NCBI GenBank assembly: GCA_964276515.1
Contig: OZ193910.1
Location: forward strand, 8,494,001-8,558,000
Length of the DNA: 64,000 nucleotides
Direction: 5' to 3'
Origin: Gordius albopunctatus
Lineage: Eukaryota
Of this stretch, positions 30,001-45,000 are shown in pieces. The notes under the pieces were generated by a model that saw only the letters and a list, made by a program, of their open reading frames with translations, had not been told where the DNA came from and made no database searches. The stretch's first letter is position 1. Every line of letters starts with the position of its first letter. The position numbers and the translations under genes are program-made.

Positions 30001-33000
30001 TTCTCAAAATGATTGTTCTCGCAGGTTAAAACTTCTTTCTGAAGTCAATCGAGGATAAAAGGTTTCTCTAATTGGCTTACTTTAATATATTTTTTCAAGC
30101 TCTTTTACATAAAATAACAAAAAAAATATTTTTTCAGGTTAAATAATTCACAATTTTTTCCTTTCAACCATATTCAACCGATGAAAGTTGTTATTTTCAG
30201 ACGTGATTTCCATGATAAAAAGTCAAAATTTAGCAGAATTAGAAAACTATTACTTTGAAATCATCATCGCATAGAGCATGTTTAAATAATTAAGCACTCA
30301 CGTTGCGATACAACTAATCGCAACAATATAACGTTGTCTTTTCTCAAAATGATTGTTCTCGCAGCTTAAAACTTCTAATAAGGAGTCGATCGAGAATAAT
30401 AGGATTCTCAAATGAGCTTACTTTTATATATTTTTCAAGCTCTTTTACATAAAATAACAAAAAATATATTTTTTCAGGTTAAAATAATTCACAATTTTTT
30501 CCTTTCAACCATATTCAACCGATGAAAGTTGTTATTTTCAGACGTGATTTCGATGATAAAAAGTCAAAATTTATCATAATTAGAAAACTATTACTTTGAA
30601 ATCATCATCGCATAGAGCATGTTTAAATAATTAAGCACTCACATTGCGATACAACAAATTAATCGCAACAATATAACGTTGTCTTTTCTCAAAATGATTG
30701 TTCTCGCAGCTTAAAACTTCTAATAAGGAGTCGATCGAGAATAATAGGATTCTCAAATGAGCTTACTTTTATATATTTTTTCAAGCTCTTTTACATAAAA
30801 TAACAAAAAAAATATTTTTTCAGGTTAAATAATTCACAATTTTTTCCTTTCAACCATATTCAACCGATGAAAGTTGTTATTTTCAGACGTGATTTCCATG
30901 ATAAAAAGTCAAAATTTAGCAGAATTAGAAAACTATTACTTTGAAATCATCATCGCATAGAGCATGTTTAAATAATTAAGCACTCACGTTGCGATACAAC
31001 TAATCGCAACAATATAACGTTGTCTTTTCTCAAAATGATTGTTCTCGCAGCTTAAAACTTCTAATAAGGAGTCGATCGAGAATAATAGGATTCTCAAATG
31101 AGCTTACTTTTATATATTTTTCAAGCTCTTTTACATAAAATAACAAAAAATATATTTTTTCAGGTTAAAATAATTCACAATTTTTTCCTTTCAACCATAT
31201 TCAACCGATGAAAGTTGTTATTTTCAGACGTGATTTCGATGATAAAAAGTCAAAATTTATCAGAATTAGAAAACTATTACTTTGAAATCATCATCGCATA
31301 GAGCATGTTTAAATAATTAAGCACTCACGTTGCGATACAACTAATCGCAACAATATAACGTTGTCTTTTCTCAAAATGATTGTTCTCGCAGCTTAAAACT
31401 TCTTTCTAAAGTCAATCGAGGATAAAAGGTTTCTCAAATTGGCTTACTTTAAAATATTTTTTCAAGCTCTTTTACATAAAATAACAAAAAATATATTTTT
31501 TCAGGTTAAAATAATTCACAATTTTTTCCTTTCAACCATATTCAACCGATGAAAGTTGTTATTTTCAGACGTGATTTCCATGATAAAAAGTCAAAATTTA
31601 TCAGAATTAGAAAACTATTACTTTGAAATCATCATCGCATAGAGCATGTTTAAATAATTAAGCACTCACGTTGCGATACAACTAATCGCAACAATATAAC
31701 GTTGTCTTTTCTCAAAATGATTGTTCTCGCAGCTTAAAACTTCTAATAAGGAGTCGATCGAGAATAATAGGATTCTCAAATGAGCTTACTTTTATATATT
31801 TTTTCAAGCTCTTTTACATAAAATAACAAAAAATATGTTTTTTCAGGTTAAAATAATTCACAATTTTTTCCTTTCAACCATATTCAACCGATGAAAGTTG
31901 TTATTTTCAGACGTGATTTCCATGATAAAGAGTCAAAATTTATCAGAATTAGAAAACTATTACTTTGAAATCATCATCGCATAGAGCATGTTTAAATAAT
32001 TAAGCACTCACGTTGCGATACAACTAATCGCAACAATATAACGTTGTCTTTTCTCAAAATGATTGTTCTCGCAGCCTAAAACTTCTAATAAGGAGTCGAT
32101 CGAGAATAATAGGATTCTCAAATGAGCTTACTTTTATATATTTTTTCAAGCTCTTTTACATAAAATAACAAAAAATATATTTTTTCAGGTTAAAATAATT
32201 CACAATTTTTTCCTTTCAACCATATTCAACCGATGAAAGTTGTTATTTTCAGACGTGATTTCGATGATAAAAAGTCAAAATTTATCATAATTAGAAAACT
32301 ATTACTTTGAAATCATCATCGCATAGAGCATGTTTAAATAATTAAGCACTCACGTTGCGATACAACAAATTAATCGCAACAATATAACGTTGTCTTTTCT
32401 AAAAATGATTGTTCTCGCAGCTTAAAACTTCTTATAAGGAGTCGATCGAGATTAATAGGATTCTCAAATCAGCTTACTTTTATATATTTTTTCAAGCTCT
32501 TTTACATAAAATAACAAAAAATATATTTTTCACGTTAAAATAATTCACAATTTTTTCCTTTCAACCATATTCAACCGATGAAAGTTGTTATTTTCAGACG
32601 TGATTTCCATGATAAAAAGTCAAAATTTATCATAATTAGAAAACTATTACTTTGAAATCATCATCGCATAGAGCATGTTTAAATAATTAAGCCCTCACGT
32701 TGCGATACAACAAATCAATCGCAACAATATAATATAACGTTGTCTTTTCTAAAAATGATTGTTCTCGCAGCTTAAAACTTCTTATAAGGAGTCGATCGAG
32801 ATTAATAGGATTCTCAAATCAGCTTACTTTTATATATTTTTTCAAGCCCTTTTACATAAAATAACAAAAAATATATTTTTCAGGTTAAAATAATTCACAA
32901 TTTTTTCCTTTCAACCATATTCAACCGATGAAAGTTGTTATTTTCAGACGTGATTTCCATGATAAAAAGTCAAAATTTATCATAATTAGAAAACTATTAC

Positions 33001-36000
33001 TTTGAAATCATCATCGCATAGAGCATGTTTAAATAATTAAGCCCTCACGTTGCGATACAACAAATCAATCGCAACAATATAACGTTGTCTTTTCTCAAAA
33101 TGATTGTTCTCGCAGCTTAAAACTTCTAATAAGGAGTCGATCGAGAATAATAGGATTCTCAAATGAGCTTACTTTTATATATTTTTTCAAGCTCTTTTAC
33201 ATAAAATAACAAAAAATATGTTTTTTCAGGTTAAAATAATTCACAATTTTTTCCTTTCAACCATATTCAACCGATGAAAGTTGTTATTTTCAGACGTGAT
33301 TTCCATGATAAAGAGTCAAAATTTATCAGAATTAGAAAACTATTACTTTGAAATCATCATCGCATAGAGCATGTTTAAATAATTAAGCACTCACGTTGCG
33401 ATACAACTAATCGCAACAATATAACGTTGTCTTTTCTCAAAATGATTGTTCTCGCAGCCTAAAACTTCTAATAAGGAGTCGATCGAGAATAATAGGATTC
33501 TCAAATGAGCTTACTTTTATATATTTTTTCAAGCTCTTTTACATAAAATAACAAAAAATATATTTTTTCAGGTTAAAATAATTCACAATTTTTTCCTTTC
33601 AACCATATTCAACCGATGAAAGTTGTTATTTTCAGACGTGATTTCGATGATAAAAAGTCAAAATTTATCATAATTAGAAAACTATTACTTTGAAATCATC
33701 ATCGCATAGAGCATGTTTAAATAATTAAGCACTCACGTTGCGATACAACAAATTAATCGCAACAATATAACGTTGTCTTTTCTAAAAATGATTGTTCTCG
33801 CAGCTTAAAACTTCTTATAAGGAGTCGATCGAGATTAATAGGATTCTCAAATCAGCTTACTTTTATATATTTTTTCAAGCTCTTTTACATAAAATAACAA
33901 AAAATATATTTTTCACGTTAAAATAATTCACAATTTTTTCCTTTCAACCATATTCAACCGATGAAAGTTGTTATTTTCAGACGTGATTTCCATGATAAAA
34001 AGTCAAAATTTATCATAATTAGAAAACTATTACTTTGAAATCATCATCGCATAGAGCATGTTTAAATAATTAAGCCCTCACGTTGCGATACAACAAATCA
34101 ATCGCAACAATATAACGTTGTCTTTTCTAAAAATGATTGTTCTCGCAGCTTAAAACTTCTTATAAGGAGTCGATCGAGATTAATAGGATTCTCAAATCAG
34201 CTTACTTTTATATATTTTTTCAAGCCCTTTTACATAAAATAACAAAAAATATATTTTTCAGGTTAAAATAATTCACAATTTTTTCCTTTCAACCATATTC
34301 AACCGATGAAAGTTGTTATTTTCAGACGTGATTTCCATGATAAAAAGTCAAAATTTATCATAATTAGAAAACTATTACTTTGAAATCATCATCGCATAGA
34401 GCATGTTTAAATAATTAAGCCCTCACGTTGCGATACAACAAATCAATCGCAACAATATAACGTTGTCTTTTCTCAAAATGATTGTTCTCGCAGCTTAAAA
34501 CTTCTAATAAGGAGTCGATCGAGAATAATAGGATTCTCAAATGAGCTTACTTTTATATATTTTTTCAAGCTCTTTTACATAAAATAACAAAAAATATATT
34601 TTTTCAGGTTAAAATAATTCACAATTTTTTCCTTTCAACCATATTCAACCGATGAAAGTTGTTATTTTCAGACGTGATTTCCATGATAAAAAGTCAAAAT
34701 TTAGCAGAATTAGAAAACTATTACTTTGAAATCATCATCGCATAGAGCATGTTTAAATAATTAAGCACTCACGTTGCGATACAACTAATCGCAACAATAT
34801 AACGTTGTCTTTTCTCAAAATGATTGTTCTCGCAGGTTAAAACTTCTTTCTGAAGTCAATCGAGGATAAAAGGTTTCTCTAATTGGCTTACTTTAATATA
34901 TTTTTTCAAGCTCTTTTACATAAAATAACAAAAAAAATATTTTTTCAGGTTAAATAATTCACAATTTTTTCCTTTCAACCATATTCAACCGATGAAAGTT
35001 GTTATTTTCAGACGTGATTTCCATGATAAAAAGTCAAAATTTAGCAGAATTAGAAAACTATTACTTTGAAATCATCATCGCATAGAGCATGTTTAAATAA
35101 TTAAGCACTCACGTTGCGATACAACTAATCGCAACAATATAACGTTGTCTTTTCTCAAAATGATTGTTCTCGCAGCTTAAAACTTCTAATAAGGAGTCGA
35201 TCGAGAATAATAGGATTCTCAAATGAGCTTACTTTTATATATTTTTCAAGCTCTTTTACATAAAATAACAAAAAATATATTTTTTCAGGTTAAAATAATT
35301 CACAATTTTTTCCTTTCAACCATATTCAACCGATGAAAGTTGTTATTTTCAGACGTGATTTCGATGATAAAAAGTCAAAATTTATCATAATTAGAAAACT
35401 ATTACTTTGAAATCATCATCGCATAGAGCATGTTTAAATAATTAAGCACTCACATTGCGATACAACAAATTAATCGCAACAATATAACGTTGTCTTTTCT
35501 CAAAATGATTGTTCTCGCAGCTTAAAACTTCTAATAAGGAGTCGATCGAGAATAATAGGATTCTCAAATGAGCTTACTTTTATATATTTTTTCAAGCTCT
35601 TTTACATAAAATAACAAAAAAAATATTTTTTCAGGTTAAATAATTCACAATTTTTTCCTTTCAACCATATTCAACCGATGAAAGTTGTTATTTTCAGACG
35701 TGATTTCCATGATAAAAAGTCAAAATTTAGCAGAATTAGAAAACTATTACTTTGAAATCATCATCGCATAGAGCATGTTTAAATAATTAAGCACTCACGT
35801 TGCGATACAACTAATCGCAACAATATAACGTTGTCTTTTCTCAAAATGATTGTTCTCGCAGCTTAAAACTTCTAATAAGGAGTCGATCGAGAATAATAGG
35901 ATTCTCAAATGAGCTTACTTTTATATATTTTTCAAGCTCTTTTACATAAAATAACAAAAAATATATTTTTTCAGGTTAAAATAATTCACAATTTTTTCCT

Positions 36001-39000
36001 TTCAACCATATTCAACCGATGAAAGTTGTTATTTTCAGACGTGATTTCGATGATAAAAAGTCAAAATTTATCAGAATTAGAAAACTATTACTTTGAAATC
36101 ATCATCGCATAGAGCATGTTTAAATAATTAAGCACTCACGTTGCGATACAACTAATCGCAACAATATAACGTTGTCTTTTCTCAAAATGATTGTTCTCGC
36201 AGCTTAAAACTTCTTATAAGGAGTCGATCGAGATTAATAGGATTCTCAAATCAGCTTACTTTTATATATTTTTTCAAGCTCTTTTACATAAAATAACAAA
36301 AAATATATTTTTCACGTTAAAATAATTCACAATTTTTTCCTTTCAACCATATTCAACCGATGAAAGTTGTTATTTTCAGACGTGATTTCCATGATAAAAA
36401 GTCAAAATTTATCATAATTAGAAAACTATTACTTTGAAATCATCATCGCATAGAGCATGTTTAAATAATTAAGCCCTCACGTTGCGATACAACAAATCAA
36501 TCGCAACAATATAACGTTGTCTTTTCTAAAAATGATTGTTCTCGCAGCTTAAAACTTCTTATAAGGAGTCGATCGAGATTAATAGGATTCTCAAATCAGC
36601 TTACTTTTATATATTTTTTCAAGCCCTTTTACATAAAATAACAAAAAATATATTTTTCAGGTTAAAATAATTCACAATTTTTTCCTTTCAACCATATTCA
36701 ACCGATGAAAGTTGTTATTTTCAGACGTGATTTCCATGATAAAAAGTCAAAATTTATCATAATTAGAAAACTATTACTTTGAAATCATCATCGCATAGAG
36801 CATGTTTAAATAATTAAGCCCTCACGTTGCGATACAACTAATCGCAACAATATAACGTTGTCTTTTCTCAAAATGATTGTTCTCGCAGCTTAAAACTTCT
36901 TATAAGGAGTCGATCGAGATTAATAGGATTCTCAAATCAGCTTACTTTTATATATTTTTTCAAGCTCTTTTACATAAAATAACAAAAAATATATTTTTCA
37001 CGTTAAAATAATTCACAATTTTTTCCTTTCAACCATATTCAACCGATGAAAGTTGTTATTTTCAGACGTGATTTCCATGATAAAAAGTCAAAATTTATCA
37101 TAATTAGAAAACTATTACTTTGAAATCATCATCGCATAGAGCATGTTTAAATAATTAAGCCCTCACGTTGCGATACAACAAATCAATCGCAACAATATAA
37201 CGTTGTCTTTTCTAAAAATGATTGTTCTCGCAGCTTAAAACTTCTTATAAGGAGTCGATCGAGATTAATAGGATTCTCAAATCAGCTTACTTTTATATAT
37301 TTTTTCAAGCCCTTTTACATAAAATAACAAAAAATATATTTTTCAGGTTAAAATAATTCACAATTTTTTCCTTTCAACCATATTCAACCGATGAAAGTTG
37401 TTATTTTCAGACGTGATTTCCATGATAAAAAGTCAAAATTTATCATAATTAGAAAACTATTACTTTGAAATCATCATCGCATAGAGCATGTTTAAATAAT
37501 TAAGCCCTCACGTTGCGATACAACAAATCAATCGCAACAATATAACGTTGTCTTTTCTCAAAATGATTGTTCTCGCAGCTTAAAACTTCTAATAAGGAGT
37601 CGATCGAGAATAATAGGATTCTCAAATGAGCTTACTTTTATATATTTTTTCAAGCTCTTTTACATAAAATAACAAAAAATATATTTTTTCAGGTTAAAAT
37701 AATTCACAATTTTTTCCTTTCAACCATATTCAACCGATGAAAGTTGTTATTTTCAGACGTGATTTCCATGATAAAAAGTCAAAATTTAGCAGAATTAGAA
37801 AACTATTACTTTGAAATCATCATCGCATAGAGCATGTTTAAATAATTAAGCACTCACGTTGCGATACAACTAATCGCAACAATATAACGTTGTCTTTTCT
37901 CAAAATGATTGTTCTCGCAGGTTAAAACTTCTTTCTGAAGTCAATCGAGGATAAAAGGTTTCTCTAATTGGCTTACTTTAATATATTTTTTCAAGCTCTT
38001 TTACATAAAATAACAAAAAAAATATTTTTTCAGGTTAAATAATTCACAATTTTTTCCTTTCAACCATATTCAACCGATGAAAGTTGTTATTTTCAGACGT
38101 GATTTCCATGATAAAAAGTCAAAATTTAGCAGAATTAGAAAACTATTACTTTGAAATCATCATCGCATAGAGCATGTTTAAATAATTAAGCACTCACGTT
38201 GCGATACAACTAATCGCAACAATATAACGTTGTCTTTTCTCAAAATGATTGTTCTCGCAGCTTAAAACTTCTAATAAGGAGTCGATCGAGAATAATAGGA
38301 TTCTCAAATGAGCTTACTTTTATATATTTTTCAAGCTCTTTTACATAAAATAACAAAAAATATATTTTTTCAGGTTAAAATAATTCACAATTTTTTCCTT
38401 TCAACCATATTCAACCGATGAAAGTTGTTATTTTCAGACGTGATTTCCATGATAAAAAGTCAAAATTTATCATAATTAGAAAACTATTACTTTGAAATCA
38501 TCATCGCATAGAGCATGTTTAAATAATTAAGCCCTCACGTTGCGATACAACAAATCAATCGCAACAATATAACGTTGTCTTTTCTCAAAATGATTGTTCT
38601 CGCAGCTTAAAACTTCTAATAAGGAGTCGATCGAGAATAATAGGATTCTCAAATGAGCTTACTTTTATATATTTTTTCAAGCTCTTTTACATAAAATAAC
38701 AAAAAATATGTTTTTTCAGGTTAAAATAATTCACAATTTTTTCCTTTCAACCATATTCAACCGATGAAAGTTGTTATTTTCAGACGTGATTTCCATGATA
38801 AAGAGTCAAAATTTATCAGAATTAGAAAACTATTACTTTGAAATCATCATCGCATAGAGCATGTTTAAATAATTAAGCACTCACGTTGCGATACAACTAA
38901 TCGCAACAATATAACGTTGTCTTTTCTCAAAATGATTGTTCTCGCAGCCTAAAACTTCTAATAAGGAGTCGATCGAGAATAATAGGATTCTCAAATGAGC

Positions 39001-42000
39001 TTACTTTTATATATTTTTTCAAGCTCTTTTACATAAAATAACAAAAAATATATTTTTTCAGGTTAAAATAATTCACAATTTTTTCCTTTCAACCATATTC
39101 AACCGATGAAAGTTGTTATTTTCAGACGTGATTTCGATGATAAAAAGTCAAAATTTATCATAATTAGAAAACTATTACTTTGAAATCATCATCGCATAGA
39201 GCATGTTTAAATAATTAAGCACTCACGTTGCGATACAACAAATTAATCGCAACAATATAACGTTGTCTTTTCTAAAAATGATTGTTCTCGCAGCTTAAAA
39301 CTTCTTATAAGGAGTCGATCGAGATTAATAGGATTCTCAAATCAGCTTACTTTTATATATTTTTTCAAGCTCTTTTACATAAAATAACAAAAAATATATT
39401 TTTCACGTTAAAATAATTCACAATTTTTTCCTTTCAACCATATTCAACCGATGAAAGTTGTTATTTTCAGACGTGATTTCCATGATAAAAAGTCAAAATT
39501 TATCATAATTAGAAAACTATTACTTTGAAATCATCATCGCATAGAGCATGTTTAAATAATTAAGCCCTCACGTTGCGATACAACAAATCAATCGCAACAA
39601 TATAACGTTGTCTTTTCTAAAAATGATTGTTCTCGCAGCTTAAAACTTCTTATAAGGAGTCGATCGAGATTAATAGGATTCTCAAATCAGCTTACTTTTA
39701 TATATTTTTTCAAGCCCTTTTACATAAAATAACAAAAAATATATTTTTCAGGTTAAAATAATTCACAATTTTTTCCTTTCAACCATATTCAACCGATGAA
39801 AGTTGTTATTTTCAGACGTGATTTCCATGATAAAAAGTCAAAATTTATCATAATTAGAAAACTATTACTTTGAAATCATCATCGCATAGAGCATGTTTAA
39901 ATAATTAAGCCCTCACGTTGCGATACAACAAATCAATCGCAACAATATAACGTTGTCTTTTCTCAAAATGATTGTTCTCGCAGCTTAAAACTTCTAATAA
40001 GGAGTCGATCGAGAATAATAGGATTCTCAAATGAGCTTACTTTTATATATTTTTTCAAGCTCTTTTACATAAAATAACAAAAAATATATTTTTTCAGGTT
40101 AAAATAATTCACAATTTTTTCCTTTCAACCATATTCAACCGATGAAAGTTGTTATTTTCAGACGTGATTTCCATGATAAAAAGTCAAAATTTAGCAGAAT
40201 TAGAAAACTATTACTTTGAAATCATCATCGCATAGAGCATGTTTAAATAATTAAGCACTCACGTTGCGATACAACTAATCGCAACAATATAACGTTGTCT
40301 TTTCTCAAAATGATTGTTCTCGCAGGTTAAAACTTCTTTCTGAAGTCAATCGAGGATAAAAGGTTTCTCTAATTGGCTTACTTTAATATATTTTTTCAAG
40401 CTCTTTTACATAAAATAACAAAAAAAATATTTTTTCAGGTTAAATAATTCACAATTTTTTCCTTTCAACCATATTCAACCGATGAAAGTTGTTATTTTCA
40501 GACGTGATTTCCATGATAAAAAGTCAAAATTTAGCAGAATTAGAAAACTATTACTTTGAAATCATCATCGCATAGAGCATGTTTAAATAATTAAGCACTC
40601 ACGTTGCGATACAACTAATCGCAACAATATAACGTTGTCTTTTCTCAAAATGATTGTTCTCGCAGCTTAAAACTTCTAATAAGGAGTCGATCGAGAATAA
40701 TAGGATTCTCAAATGAGCTTACTTTTATATATTTTTCAAGCTCTTTTACATAAAATAACAAAAAATATATTTTTTCAGGTTAAAATAATTCACAATTTTT
40801 TCCTTTCAACCATATTCAACCGATGAAAGTTGTTATTTTCAGACGTGATTTCGATGATAAAAAGTCAAAATTTATCATAATTAGAAAACTATTACTTTGA
40901 AATCATCATCGCATAGAGCATGTTTAAATAATTAAGCACTCACATTGCGATACAACAAATTAATCGCAACAATATAACGTTGTCTTTTCTCAAAATGATT
41001 GTTCTCGCAGCTTAAAACTTCTAATAAGGAGTCGATCGAGAATAATAGGATTCTCAAATGAGCTTACTTTTATATATTTTTTCAAGCTCTTTTACATAAA
41101 ATAACAAAAAAAATATTTTTTCAGGTTAAATAATTCACAATTTTTTCCTTTCAACCATATTCAACCGATGAAAGTTGTTATTTTCAGACGTGATTTCCAT
41201 GATAAAAAGTCAAAATTTAGCAGAATTAGAAAACTATTACTTTGAAATCATCATCGCATAGAGCATGTTTAAATAATTAAGCACTCACGTTGCGATACAA
41301 CTAATCGCAACAATATAACGTTGTCTTTTCTCAAAATGATTGTTCTCGCAGCTTAAAACTTCTAATAAGGAGTCGATCGAGAATAATAGGATTCTCAAAT
41401 GAGCTTACTTTTATATATTTTTCAAGCTCTTTTACATAAAATAACAAAAAATATATTTTTTCAGGTTAAAATAATTCACAATTTTTTCCTTTCAACCATA
41501 TTCAACCGATGAAAGTTGTTATTTTCAGACGTGATTTCGATGATAAAAAGTCAAAATTTATCAGAATTAGAAAACTATTACTTTGAAATCATCATCGCAT
41601 AGAGCATGTTTAAATAATTAAGCACTCACGTTGCGATACAACTAATCGCAACAATATAACGTTGTCTTTTCTCAAAATGATTGTTCTCGCAGCTTAAAAC
41701 TTCTTATAAGGAGTCGATCGAGATTAATAGGATTCTCAAATCAGCTTACTTTTATATATTTTTTCAAGCTCTTTTACATAAAATAACAAAAAATATATTT
41801 TTCACGTTAAAATAATTCACAATTTTTTCCTTTCAACCATATTCAACCGATGAAAGTTGTTATTTTCAGACGTGATTTCCATGATAAAAAGTCAAAATTT
41901 ATCATAATTAGAAAACTATTACTTTGAAATCATCATCGCATAGAGCATGTTTAAATAATTAAGCCCTCACGTTGCGATACAACAAATCAATCGCAACAAT

Positions 42001-45000
42001 ATAACGTTGTCTTTTCTAAAAATGATTGTTCTCGCAGCTTAAAACTTCTTATAAGGAGTCGATCGAGATTAATAGGATTCTCAAATCAGCTTACTTTTAT
42101 ATATTTTTTCAAGCCCTTTTACATAAAATAACAAAAAATATATTTTTCAGGTTAAAATAATTCACAATTTTTTCCTTTCAACCATATTCAACCGATGAAA
42201 GTTGTTATTTTCAGACGTGATTTCCATGATAAAAAGTCAAAATTTATCATAATTAGAAAACTATTACTTTGAAATCATCATCGCATAGAGCATGTTTAAA
42301 TAATTAAGCCCTCACGTTGCGATACAACAAATCAATCGCAACAATATAACGTTGTCTTTTCTCAAAATGATTGTTCTCGCAGCTTAAAACTTCTAATAAG
42401 GAGTCGATCGAGAATAATAGGATTCTCAAATGAGCTTACTTTTATATATTTTTTCAAGCTCTTTTACATAAAATAACAAAAAATATATTTTTTCAGGTTA
42501 AAATAATTCACAATTTTTTCCTTTCAACCATATTCAACCGATGAAAGTTGTTATTTTCAGACGTGATTTCCATGATAAAAAGTCAAAATTTAGCAGAATT
42601 AGAAAACTATTACTTTGAAATCATCATCGCATAGAGCATGTTTAAATAATTAAGCACTCACGTTGCGATACAACTAATCGCAACAATATAACGTTGTCTT
42701 TTCTCAAAATGATTGTTCTCGCAGGTTAAAACTTCTTTCTGAAGTCAATCGAGGATAAAAGGTTTCTCTAATTGGCTTACTTTAATATATTTTTTCAAGC
42801 TCTTTTACATAAAATAACAAAAAAAATATTTTTTCAGGTTAAATAATTCACAATTTTTTCCTTTCAACCATATTCAACCGATGAAAGTTGTTATTTTCAG
42901 ACGTGATTTCCATGATAAAAAGTCAAAATTTAGCAGAATTAGAAAACTATTACTTTGAAATCATCATCGCATAGAGCATGTTTAAATAATTAAGCACTCA
43001 CGTTGCGATACAACTAATCGCAACAATATAACGTTGTCTTTTCTCAAAATGATTGTTCTCGCAGCTTAAAACTTCTAATAAGGAGTCGATCGAGAATAAT
43101 AGGATTCTCAAATGAGCTTACTTTTATATATTTTTCAAGCTCTTTTACATAAAATAACAAAAAATATATTTTTTCAGGTTAAAATAATTCACAATTTTTT
43201 CCTTTCAACCATATTCAACCGATGAAAGTTGTTATTTTCAGACGTGATTTCGATGATAAAAAGTCAAAATTTATCATAATTAGAAAACTATTACTTTGAA
43301 ATCATCATCGCATAGAGCATGTTTAAATAATTAAGCACTCACATTGCGATACAACAAATTAATCGCAACAATATAACGTTGTCTTTTCTCAAAATGATTG
43401 TTCTCGCAGCTTAAAACTTCTAATAAGGAGTCGATCGAGAATAATAGGATTCTCAAATGAGCTTACTTTTATATATTTTTTCAAGCTCTTTTACATAAAA
43501 TAACAAAAAAAATATTTTTTCAGGTTAAATAATTCACAATTTTTTCCTTTCAACCATATTCAACCGATGAAAGTTGTTATTTTCAGACGTGATTTCCATG
43601 ATAAAAAGTCAAAATTTAGCAGAATTAGAAAACTATTACTTTGAAATCATCATCGCATAGAGCATGTTTAAATAATTAAGCACTCACGTTGCGATACAAC
43701 TAATCGCAACAATATAACGTTGTCTTTTCTCAAAATGATTGTTCTCGCAGCTTAAAACTTCTAATAAGGAGTCGATCGAGAATAATAGGATTCTCAAATG
43801 AGCTTACTTTTATATATTTTTCAAGCTCTTTTACATAAAATAACAAAAAATATATTTTTTCAGGTTAAAATAATTCACAATTTTTTCCTTTCAACCATAT
43901 TCAACCGATGAAAGTTGTTATTTTCAGACGTGATTTCGATGATAAAAAGTCAAAATTTATCAGAATTAGAAAACTATTACTTTGAAATCATCATCGCATA
44001 GAGCATGTTTAAATAATTAAGCACTCACGTTGCGATACAACTAATCGCAACAATATAACGTTGTCTTTTCTCAAAATGATTGTTCTCGCAGCTTAAAACT
44101 TCTTTCTAAAGTCAATCGAGGATAAAAGGTTTCTCAAATTGGCTTACTTTAAAATATTTTTTCAAGCTCTTTTACATAAAATAACAAAAAATATATTTTT
44201 TCAGGTTAAAATAATTCACAATTTTTCCTTTCAACCATATTCAACCGATGAAAGTTGTTATTTTCAGACGTGATTTCCATGATAAAAAGTCAAAATTTAT
44301 CAGAATTAGAAAACTATTACTTTGAAATCATCATCGCATAGAGCATGTTTAAATAATTAAGCACTCACGTTGCGATACAACTAATCGCAACAATATAACG
44401 TTGTCTTTTCTCAAAATGATTGTTCTCGCAGCTTAAAACTTCTAATAAGGAGTCGATCGAGAATAATAGGATTCTCAAATGAGCTTACTTTTATATATTT
44501 TTTCAAGCTCTTTTACATAAAATAACAAAAAATATGTTTTTTCAGGTTAAAATAATTCACAATTTTTTCCTTTCAACCATATTCAACCGATGAAAGTTGT
44601 TATTTTCAGACGTGATTTCCATGATAAAGAGTCAAAATTTATCAGAATTAGAAAACTATTACTTTGAAATCATCATCGCATAGAGCATGTTTAAATAATT
44701 AAGCACTCACGTTGCGATACAACTAATCGCAACAATATAACGTTGTCTTTTCTCAAAATGATTGTTCTCGCAGCCTAAAACTTCTAATAAGGAGTCGATC
44801 GAGAATAATAGGATTCTCAAATGAGCTTACTTTTATATATTTTTTCAAGCTCTTTTACATAAAATAACAAAAAATATATTTTTTCAGGTTAAAATAATTC
44901 ACAATTTTTTCCTTTCAACCATATTCAACCGATGAAAGTTGTTATTTTCAGACGTGATTTCGATGATAAAAAGTCAAAATTTATCATAATTAGAAAACTA